Source: Flavobacteriales bacterium (GTDB taxonomy: Bacteria > Bacteroidota > Bacteroidia > Flavobacteriales_D > Sanyastnellaceae). From it: a stretch of 64,000 bases of DNA. The stretch covers positions 12,009 to 76,008 of the forward strand of contig JAGQVX010000001.1 of the NCBI GenBank assembly GCA_020437755.1, in the 5' to 3' direction. Shown here one piece after another: positions 9,476 through 17,647 of the stretch; position 1 is the first letter of the stretch; every line of letters starts with the position of its first letter. The notes below the pieces were generated by a model that made no database searches, was not told where the DNA came from, and saw nothing but the letters and a program-made list of their open reading frames with translations. The position numbers and the translations under genes were made by a program.

Positions 9476-12400
9476 TGTATGTTACCGTTTTGTGAAATCG
9501 TCACCTGATACTCCCCTCGGGAAAGAACCGACACATCCAAGATATGAACTTTCGAGTGCTTTGACAAAACCTTCGAATATGCGAGTTTTCCTGCAGAATC
9601 AAAGAACTGGACTACTGTAGTCTCGTTTTCACATTCATATTCCACTCTTATCTGATCACGACAAGGGTTGGGGTACATGGTGATGGATTTAGATTCCCGG
9701 TTATTTTCTTCATCAACACTTCGGTTATCCGGATTGTTTTTGAGTACCGGAACCCAGCTGGAAAGGGGCTGATCATTGAGAGCTAATAATCGGCTACTTG
9801 CAGCGTAAAGCGGAGATGAGGGTGTTTCGTAGGCCATAAGAGCATTAATGGCGTCCAAGTCTGGCTGACTTAAATGTTCAAAGTGCTTTCCAGATGCCAA
9901 TAAGTTAATTTCAAAGGCCAGTAAATCATGCAGATCAGTAGAAATTAAGCTGTCGCTTTCTGCGGTAGTAATTAGCGCATTGGCCTGGCTGTAATCGCCG
10001 ATTGCTAAATAGTAATCCAGCAAGGGGTGGAAAAACATCAATGAATTTGATTCCAGGTCTGTCATGGCTTCGGGAAGCTGTAACGCGCTATTTAAGTACT
10101 GAGTTTTGAGCACTCCCAGTTCCTGTTGAAGTATGGCCATGCGTAACTCAATCTCCGCAACGGTTTCATATTCCGGATTGCTTAGTAACAAACTGTTAAT
10201 TTCCTGTTGAATCGTTTCAGGCATATCGTGAATTCGTTCGCTCAAAAGAGCGGTAAGGGTATGATCCATTACGGAGTTCATTTCGTAGACATCCCTGAAG
10301 TATTCGTCCGGCACATTGTATCGTTCCATATAAGCCCGAAGTACTTCATTGGACAAAGGGCTATTGTCTCTGAGAAAATCCCTCAATTCGGCTTCATCCT
10401 GAATACCACCATAAATTGCATTCAACATGGGTTCCGTTTGGAAGTAGTAATTGTCCAGCTCTTGTTGCAGAGTATTTCGGGAAGCAGATTCTTCTACCAA
10501 CTTTAGTTGTTTCTCATTGATCAAACTTCGCACTTCCGCGCCCACAAGGTCAGCCAAGTCAAAACGGTCTGTTTCGCAGCTTCCATCATCCGCCCCCTCT
10601 GTATAGGTTTCATCTCCATCTTCTATATGGAGTACACCCGAATTAGGGGCTATTCCTACATTCTCATTGCAATTGCATTCATCAGGAAGTAACTGTGGGT
10701 ATCCACCTCCTAAATTGACATAGCGGAAGGCATATCCTGGTTCGAAGGTGGTGATTGACTTGTGGTACGTCTCAAAGGATCCAAATTCGTTCAGAGCAGC
10801 AAACGAACCGTCCCCAGCGCTTGAACTTCCCGGAATGTCGGGATCCCCATCATACTCCTGTCCCTGCTGGGCTAATATTCCCAAATTGGCATAATTAATA
10901 AAGTAGTCGTTGACATCCAAAATGTCCTCATGCAAATTGCATCGTATGGCCAATTGCTCATTCAATCCATCGGCAATTACGGCAACATCACATCCGAAAA
11001 ACTGATTCTGATCATTTTGTCCGGTGCGAGCGCCAATCAATCCCCAATTCGAATACTCCATAGCACTGGTATTCTGGGCGAGTATTGCTCTGCGCGTGTA
11101 ATAGAATTGATTGGCATGCACATAGAAATCATGTGCATTGTTTAAGATAATTCCATTTTCACTACGAAAAGTTCCGGGGTCAGAGCTTAGACCAAAAATA
11201 CAACCATCAACATCAATCCCACGACAATCTACAATTTCAATGGCGGCAGTATTTGCTTCCAGGTATTGGAGTCCTACATTGAGAGGAGTCATCGTGGTTG
11301 CATCGGCATCCACAACGGTGTTGATATTCAAAAAAGTGATTCCCGTATACTTCATTGTTTGAGGGTAGAAGTTGCCTTCCCTAAAGAATAATCTCGGACC
11401 CGCTCCACCTATTTGGCGAATGCCATAGCGAGAATCACGCATGGTTCCACCTGAAATATCGTTGCGGCAATCCACTTGGAGAATTCCAACTTCTACATTC
11501 TCAAATTCATTGTCTTCGATCAGGACTCCATCACGACGGTACACCTTTATCCCAACCGGAGTGCGTCGCACCGAATTCGCATGTTCTGCGAAGATGAAAT
11601 TTTCGTTTGGATAGGGAGCAGAGGAGTTTGCGTCATATCCTTCATCCAGCAGTCCATTGGTGCCTGAAACAAATGTGCACTGGGTAACTTCGAATGAACC
11701 ATTGACCTGCACCCCTGCAATTCCATTGGTGATTGGAGTATAAAATGACCTAATGTATAACCCAACACCGCAATTGATAAACGTTACGTGGTCAATGTCG
11801 AATTGACCATTCAGATGTTTGAATTTGTTAATGCTTTGATCAGAAGAATTGGTATAAAGGTTATTTCTTTCGGCTGTAAGAATTCCGTAATGCGCATTGG
11901 CAATAGTTGCGGATTCCAGACCATCCTGGGTTCGTATCACACCCGCTACCTCGCCAGGTAATTGTGGTCCGTGTACTTCTACACCCAACCACATTTCTTC
12001 GCATAGTGAAGTCAAAAGAGCTCCATCTGCTAATACCAGTGTACCCCCTGGCTTTACGATAATTCCTGCATCGGCTGCAAAGTAAAGCGAACTATTGATA
12101 GTCAGCTCACCTCCATCCTCAACAGTAATTGATGTCGCCCAATACTCGGGGCTGTCAATGGATACCACTCCCGTAATGGATAAAGGCTCATATTCAATGG
12201 GATCCAGATTTTGGCTAATATAAAAGGAGCCATCCAATGTACAAACCTCTTGTCCGTCAACTGTCCATACCACCGTGTACCCTGGAAAACCATTGCCTGC
12301 ATAGATTCCTGAGAACTCGGATAATTGGGGCGTTGACCATTGAATAGTTGAGTTGTCTTCTGGAGAAGGAATAACCTCAAGATAATCTGAATAACAGTTT

Positions 12401-15400
12401 AATTCCCCTTGAGTGTCTGTAACTGAGTAGTCCAGGATTGTTACCGGAGCTTCTACTACCGGACACTCATTAAAGGCATTATCCAAAACAGTTATGTTAT
12501 AGTCACCCGAATTGGTCACCAAAACGGGTTGGTAGTTGTTGATTGATGACGATACTCCGTCTTCAAGGTTGGTGAGGAATACACTATAGTTCCCTGAGCC
12601 TCCCAGTACGGTTGGGGTGATTGATCCCGGTGCCGAGCCGCAGATAGGCTCTATGTCATACTCAATAGTAATAGATTCATAGGGATAATTTTGTGGATCG
12701 ATGAAGATAGACGGAAAGCAATCTGGAATTCCGTCTGTATTTGTAGAGATTTGAATTTCCATTCCCAGTTGCCCATTAATGAAATTAGACATTTCAGAAT
12801 AGAATTCTTGAAAGATTGGGGTTCCTGTTTGAGCAGTTCCAGTGATATTTTGTCCTCCACTTACATTCACAATAGTGTAATAAACAACATCTTCAACCCC
12901 GTAATTACTCGTTATGGTAAAGTTGAGAACATTCATTGAACAAGTTTGGCCATTTGTGATGTCACTAATTGAATAAGGTTGGATGGGATATGTCGATGTA
13001 CAGCCATCAATAGTGACTTGAATATCGTTCGCGTACACAATCTGATCTACATCTAAGATAATGGTGGCTTCTCCATTGTTAATTGGATTATTAATCGTTG
13101 GTTCGCATCCATCACAATCAGCAGAAAATGTTAAAGTATAAGTGGCAAGGTTATAACTCAACCCGGGAATCGTTAAATGTATACTCACCTGATTTTGACC
13201 AAAATCACAGGGGCCCTGAATAGCCATTTCCACTGGATACTGAGCGAAATTAACAACCTCTGTTGCAGCACAACCTATATTATCGGTCACATTGAGCTGG
13301 TAGTCCCCACTCGAAATATTCAAGACTGGACATTCCATACCCGATTCAAGCAGGGGACATGTTTGAATCACCTCATTATCTTCATTTATCACTGTGACTG
13401 TAAATGGCCCGTTGCTGCCACTGGGTGAAACAAGCATGGTTCCGCCCGGACATCCATTACCCGGACTATTCCCAAACACAGTCGCTCCAACTCCTAAATA
13501 GAATCCCGGCACAATAACCTCTTCAACGTATACTATACCTTCAAGTTCGGCCTCAATCTGATAAGTTCCCAGAGCTAAAAAATAAAAGCACTGCTCTTGA
13601 TTTATCTCACCTCCATTTAACTCCTGTACATCTCCTGTCTCTTCGTGGGTAAGGGTGAGAGAATTCGGTAATTCACATGGAAAAGTTATACACAACTGGC
13701 CATATGCAGTACCACAGTTGCCTGCAACCTCGGTATTGATGGAAACACCCATTCCAACAACTGCTTCTTGTTGAACTTGACATCCCCCGTCAGTGCTTAT
13801 TTGTATTGGATAGGTTCCCTCACTCAATCCTTCAGCCTGAAACAGGCTACATTCTAGAGCCTCGCTCACGCAACCTCCGTCCACAAAATCGGGCCAAACC
13901 ACAGTAAAACTGCCCGCTGATTCCTCTTCAATCCCAACTGTAATACTCCCAGAATTGGAGCAAAGTGAGGGACTTGTTGAAATGTAAAAATTGAGACTTC
14001 CTGAAATGGTGAATGGATAGGAAGCTGAACAACCAGCGACGTTCGTCAAGGTCAGTATATAAGATCCTGCATCTAGTGCATCAATATCTAATACTCCCTG
14101 ACTGTTAGTTAGTCCCGACAAAACAAAATCGTTATTTTCTATAGTGTAATCCAAGTCAAAAGCCGTTTCATGGGTCAGTGCGACTTGCAGTTCTCCGTTT
14201 GGTGACTCCGACGAGCATGAGCCAATAGTCTGAATACTAATTTGGGGGAATTCTTGCGATTCAGCAGGTACATTGAAAGAGCCATAGCTACAACTCTCGT
14301 CTGTTCCGACGAAATAATACGTGCCACTTGTCACATCCGACAAGGTTAATCCACTTCCAAGGAGTGTGCCCGAATCGTCATACCAATCCCCTTCTATATT
14401 ACTGCCATCAATTGCAATGGATCCGTCATCAGCACCAGGGCACGTTTCGCCTATTATTGTAGCGGACAGATCGCTTTGATCTCCTGGAATAATAATCTGG
14501 TAGGATTCGGTGAAGCAATCATTCTCAGAAACAACTTGTACTTCATAACTTCCGATCGACAGGCCATCGAATGTAAGGCCTTCGTTCGGATCACAACTTG
14601 AACAGGTGGCGTTAAAATTAGTTGCGTCCAAACATAAAGGAATATTAATTTCAATCATTCCGTCGGACGAGCAATTGTCCGTTGGTGCCGTCACCGATAC
14701 AAGATTATCCAGATCAACATCGCATCTAATCAATGCCTGATTGTTTTGAGCATAGCACATCATTCGCCACGCCTGCCCCATGGTGAAATTTGAAGTGTTA
14801 CAGGTCGGAGGCGCGTAACCCATAATATTTGTGGACTGATTTTCGGCGATATCCTGGTAACACGGAAATTCAGCATATTGCACTGCCTCATCATAAACTT
14901 CAAAATTTGACATCGGCATATGCTTTCGACAAGGAGATCCGCTGAAAATAACTGTGCATTCACCATTTTCTTGAATAAAGTCATCCGAATTTAAAACAGG
15001 AGTTGGATATGTGTCTATGACACAATCTCCAGAAATTGCTCCATCCAGGCCATAATCAGGATCATTATCAAAATTGACTGTTTGTGCTGAAAAGCCGATG
15101 TTAGGATCGGGCTCCAACATGATAAAGTCGCAATCTGAATCGTATGGGCCTGAAAAAATGGCCGTGTTATGCCATGGATGCCACAAGCCAAATAAATGTC
15201 CCATCTCATGAGGCAGTACTCTTGTAAGACAATTAGCGACTTCGTTGCTTGCATTGCCAAAAATGTAGCAACCAATAGGGACAGAATCTGCTGAACCGAT
15301 TGCCTTACCTGTAGTATTATTGTATGTCTCAATAAACTTCCCTCCAACGAAAATGTTTATGTAACCACACAAACCAAATTGATCGAGTAGCGTATTGAGA

Positions 15401-15840
15401 AGCGTTTCACTATCATAAACACCGGCTGAAACGCTGTAAAAAAAGTCGTTATCATCAACGTATGAAAACTGTTCAAGCGAAAATTGAATTCCTGTGTTAG
15501 GATATTCGGTTATAACAGGATTTCCATAAGGAGCCAATGAATTGAATGCGAATTCATTATTTAGGTTTTGAATGATCTGCGCACCAAAATCTTCTATTGT
15601 AGAGTATCCTTGTTCATCTACGACACTATTGTTACCCAGTTCATCTCTGATGACAACCAGATTTACTCTGAAAGTGCCGTCACAACCGTCTGCAAATCCT
15701 ATTGGATTGGTTGTTTGGCATTGGACACCCTCTGCAAGTCCATCGAAAATATAACTGCACCATTCATTATTCTGACTGAATAGTGCGTTAGGAAGAATTA
15801 CAAACAACGACAATGCGGCAAGAGTCAATGCGGTTTTCAT
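9448..15840 (-). CDS. Giant (2130 aa) T9SS-secreted multidomain protein: zinc metalloprotease + Cys-anchored Ig-like repeats + parallel beta-helix + helical region + CTD
   Basis: Signal peptide ...PNALFS/QNNEW. HEMGHLFGLWHPW (an HExxHxxGxxH metzincin/pappalysin-like motif, about nt 15172-15210). About 700 aa of repeats contain C..(D)G.I motifs such as ETCPGADDGSIAIDGS (SprB-repeat-like). A beta-helix-like region starts around ITVEDGGELTINSSLYFAADAGIIVKPGGTLVLADGA. A ~370-aa helical region follows. The protein ends with the CTD MYPNPCRDQIRVEY...GEYQVTISQNG. Confidence 0.85.
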   Translation of the reverse strand: MKTALTLAALSLFVILPNALFSQNNEWCSYIFDGLAEGVQCQTTNPIGFADGCDGTFRVNLVVIRDELGNNSVVDEQGYSTIEDFGAQIIQNLNNEFAFNSLAPYGNPVITEYPNTGIQFSLEQFSYVDDNDFFYSVSAGVYDSETLLNTLLDQFGLCGYINIFVGGKFIETYNNTTGKAIGSADSVPIGCYIFGNASNEVANCLTRVLPHEMGHLFGLWHPWHNTAIFSGPYDSDCDFIMLEPDPNIGFSAQTVNFDNDPDYGLDGAISGDCVIDTYPTPVLNSDDFIQENGECTVIFSGSPCRKHMPMSNFEVYDEAVQYAEFPCYQDIAENQSTNIMGYAPPTCNTSNFTMGQAWRMMCYAQNNQALIRCDVDLDNLVSVTAPTDNCSSDGMIEINIPLCLDATNFNATCSSCDPNEGLTFDGLSIGSYEVQVVSENDCFTESYQIIIPGDQSDLSATIIGETCPGADDGSIAIDGSNIEGDWYDDSGTLLGSGLTLSDVTSGTYYFVGTDESCSYGSFNVPAESQEFPQISIQTIGSCSSESPNGELQVALTHETAFDLDYTIENNDFVLSGLTNSQGVLDIDALDAGSYILTLTNVAGCSASYPFTISGSLNFYISTSPSLCSNSGSITVGIEEESAGSFTVVWPDFVDGGCVSEALECSLFQAEGLSEGTYPIQISTDGGCQVQQEAVVGMGVSINTEVAGNCGTAYGQLCITFPCELPNSLTLTHEETGDVQELNGGEINQEQCFYFLALGTYQIEAELEGIVYVEEVIVPGFYLGVGATVFGNSPGNGCPGGTMLVSPSGSNGPFTVTVINEDNEVIQTCPLLESGMECPVLNISSGDYQLNVTDNIGCAATEVVNFAQYPVEMAIQGPCDFGQNQVSIHLTIPGLSYNLATYTLTFSADCDGCEPTINNPINNGEATIILDVDQIVYANDIQVTIDGCTSTYPIQPYSISDITNGQTCSMNVLNFTITSNYGVEDVVYYTIVNVSGGQNITGTAQTGTPIFQEFYSEMSNFINGQLGMEIQISTNTDGIPDCFPSIFIDPQNYPYESITIEYDIEPICGSAPGSITPTVLGGSGNYSVFLTNLEDGVSSSINNYQPVLVTNSGDYNITVLDNAFNECPVVEAPVTILDYSVTDTQGELNCYSDYLEVIPSPEDNSTIQWSTPQLSEFSGIYAGNGFPGYTVVWTVDGQEVCTLDGSFYISQNLDPIEYEPLSITGVVSIDSPEYWATSITVEDGGELTINSSLYFAADAGIIVKPGGTLVLADGALLTSLCEEMWLGVEVHGPQLPGEVAGVIRTQDGLESATIANAHYGILTAERNNLYTNSSDQSINKFKHLNGQFDIDHVTFINCGVGLYIRSFYTPITNGIAGVQVNGSFEVTQCTFVSGTNGLLDEGYDANSSAPYPNENFIFAEHANSVRRTPVGIKVYRRDGVLIEDNEFENVEVGILQVDCRNDISGGTMRDSRYGIRQIGGAGPRLFFREGNFYPQTMKYTGITFLNINTVVDADATTMTPLNVGLQYLEANTAAIEIVDCRGIDVDGCIFGLSSDPGTFRSENGIILNNAHDFYVHANQFYYTRRAILAQNTSAMEYSNWGLIGARTGQNDQNQFFGCDVAVIADGLNEQLAIRCNLHEDILDVNDYFINYANLGILAQQGQEYDGDPDIPGSSSAGDGSFAALNEFGSFETYHKSITTFEPGYAFRYVNLGGGYPQLLPDECNCNENVGIAPNSGVLHIEDGDETYTEGADDGSCETDRFDLADLVGAEVRSLINEKQLKLVEESASRNTLQQELDNYYFQTEPMLNAIYGGIQDEAELRDFLRDNSPLSNEVLRAYMERYNVPDEYFRDVYEMNSVMDHTLTALLSERIHDMPETIQQEINSLLLSNPEYETVAEIELRMAILQQELGVLKTQYLNSALQLPEAMTDLESNSLMFFHPLLDYYLAIGDYSQANALITTAESDSLISTDLHDLLAFEINLLASGKHFEHLSQPDLDAINALMAYETPSSPLYAASSRLLALNDQPLSSWVPVLKNNPDNRSVDEENNRESKSITMYPNPCRDQIRVEYECENETTVVQFFDSAGKLAYSKVLSKHSKVHILDVSVLSRGEYQVTISQNGNIQCSSQLVKY

Positions 15841-16000
15841 AGGGATAAATGTTAATAGTTAATGCAATCCTCACCTATTGTAGTTACGAACCAGATATTA
15901 ACTTTAGTTCCTATCCTGCTCGTAATTCCAATAAGCTGATTCCCAATGTACTAAAAAAATAGAAATCTCCTAATTTTAATTGCATATTATAATTAAAATC

Positions 16001-16030
16001 AAAAAAACCGCTTCCATATTGGAGCGGTTT
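16001..16030 (-). terminator. Rho-independent terminator of gene 16053..16760
   Basis: On the minus strand: accgctcc-aatat-ggaagcggt followed by a run of 7 T. It lies 23 nt after the stop codon. Confidence 0.7.
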
Positions 16031-16052
16031 TCTTAATAATCCGGAAGTATGA

Positions 16053-16760
16053 CTAGAATCCTGTCGGACCCCGAACGTCATCTGCTTCGCCGGGAGGGGT
16101 GCCCAACTTGCGGGTTCCGTAGTCAACAATGAGGCGCACATTGTTGTAGCGCGAAACAAATTGTTGATCGAGTTGGCGGAACTGGTGGATTAATCGATCG
16201 AGCTTTTTGTTGAGCAACTCGTCCACCTGGGCAAACATGGTTTTAAGTTCCGCAGTTACTGCTTTGCGCTGGGCAATGCTTCGTCGTGGGGTGACCATTT
16301 CTGACTCAAAGGTGTCCACGGCCGATTCAAAACGGGCAATCATTTCGTCGGTCAGGCCGTACAGCGTCACGGCCTCCTTGTTGCCATGAATCAACTCCAA
16401 CAAGTGCTGGGCTTTGAAATGTGCCTTGGGTGCGGCCTCCCGGCGAATTCCGGCGGCAAGGTCGGCAAGTACACGCTCCAAATCGGGCTTGCCTTCCTCC
16501 AGGGCATACACTTGAAGAATCCCAAGTACGGCGTCGGAGTGCAGGACGAGGTCTTTGCGGGCGTTGGCCTTCACCTGACCCTTTCCCAGCGCAATACTGG
16601 CCTGTTCAACACTTGTTTCCCGAATTTGCTTGACTTTGTCCCCAAATTCGACCACTGTGCGGTTAAAGGCGTTTACACCATCCCACAACTGTGGATTTTG
16701 CTGCAGCAATCGATATACAGCTTCGTACATCGACAGCTTGTTCATTTGTCTTTTGTCCAT
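16053..16760 (-). CDS. Hypothetical all-helical protein (235 aa)
   Basis: A clean ORF with its own terminator. Composition is helical and charged. There is no signal peptide, no TM segment and no motif I recognise. Confidence 0.65.
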   Translation of the reverse strand: MDKRQMNKLSMYEAVYRLLQQNPQLWDGVNAFNRTVVEFGDKVKQIRETSVEQASIALGKGQVKANARKDLVLHSDAVLGILQVYALEEGKPDLERVLADLAAGIRREAAPKAHFKAQHLLELIHGNKEAVTLYGLTDEMIARFESAVDTFESEMVTPRRSIAQRKAVTAELKTMFAQVDELLNKKLDRLIHQFRQLDQQFVSRYNNVRLIVDYGTRKLGTPPGEADDVRGPTGF

Positions 16761-17010
16761 GATTTCTATTTTTAATGGACCAACAACTCCCGTTTTCGAA
16801 TGATCGGCGTCACTCCGGACCGGGCACTGCCCTCGCCAAAGGTTCCTGCCAACATTGTGCCAAAACAGCCCATTTTGAATTCACTCTTAGCTAATAGACT
16901 GGAATTCAGTAAGAAAAATGAGCAACCCCCACACCTCCACATGCAGAAAAAGCCCCCGTTTTGGACGGGTTCATAGTCAGAAATGGACCCATCGCACCCC
17001 AACATGGAGA

Positions 17011-17388
17011 TTCTACAGTTCAACATGGACAAACTGCAGGGGTGATGCCTCGATCTGCGGCCTTGATCAAGCCATCTACATCTTTGATTATGACATCTAC
17101 ACAGCTGTTTAAGAGATCTACACAGCAACATGAAGGTGCTGCAATACCGCATGTTTCTGCTGCTGTGATGCATCGAATAGCTGCAAGGCCGCATAGGACT
17201 TCTGCAATGTCACATGTAACTTCTACAACAGCACATAGGACTTCAACAGCGCTGCATTGAACAACTGCAAAAGCGTTTGCGAGTCCTTCAGTTCAACAAG
17301 GGACAGGCGCATCGTCGCATTTGACATCTACACTCCAGATTATATGGGCTTCAGCTCTGCACACGGGTGCTACACCTCCGCCAAGTCT
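17011..17388. repeat. Degenerate tandem array, ~18 units of exactly 21 bp with phased CTRCA core
   Basis: I stacked the sequence by hand in 21-nt rows. Rows starting at 17011, 17032, ... 17368 carry nnCT(A/G)CA at positions 3-7. Twelve rows are exact, five have one mismatch and one has two. Many rows end in (G/A)AC. Three consecutive rows begin ATCTACA (17074, 17095, 17116). Confidence 0.8.
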
Positions 17389-17513
17389 CTAAGTACCCCC
17401 ACATAGACCAACGAAACCGGTGTGAACATCCTGTCTGTAATTGAAAATACGTACTTCAGCACTGTGAAGACGTACATTGAGCTTGTGAACGCGCTGTATG
17501 GCGATGAGAAGAA

Positions 17514-17619
17514 GGTCAGTTAGAGCAAGCGAGCACAGCAAACAAGTATGGTGCAGCCTTCTTCGAGAATTCGGCCTCGACTCCGCTCAGCCACCAGTTA
17601 CAGGGGGGTATTTTGAATT
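17514..17619. repeat. REP-like palindromic element, copy C (left arm degenerate)
   Basis: ...gtatggtgcagccttcttcgagaattcggcctcgactccgctcagccaccag... plus the tail ggggtattttgaatt aligns with copies A and B. It ends 29 nt from the stop of the minus-strand gene 17648..22705. Confidence 0.75.
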
Positions 17620-17647
17620 CTACATTCTGAATTCTCCATTTTCCCCC

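Noticed and set aside
15973-15999. An AT-rich inverted repeat (attttaatt-N9-aattaaaat) upstream of the giant cargo gene, as a possible operator.
   Set aside because: It is a 9-bp AT-only palindrome in an AT-rich promoter or terminator region. Such a match is too likely by chance to support a call.
16772-17260. A 140-aa Cys-rich minus-strand ORF (16772..17194) and a 99-aa plus-strand heptad ORF (16961..17260).
   Set aside because: Both are generated by the 21-bp repeat, since TGYAG read in phase gives Cys or Ser/Thr every 7 codons. The plus-frame ORF has only a TTG start, while the minus-strand ORF shows neither a signal nor a protein-like composition. I treat them as by-products of the array, not genes.
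17258-17260. The in-frame TGA in the otherwise open repeat frame, as possible selenocysteine or read-through recoding.
   Set aside because: TGA is used as an ordinary stop elsewhere in the window (for example napD). I see no SECIS-like hairpin immediately downstream, and the frame lacks a credible start.
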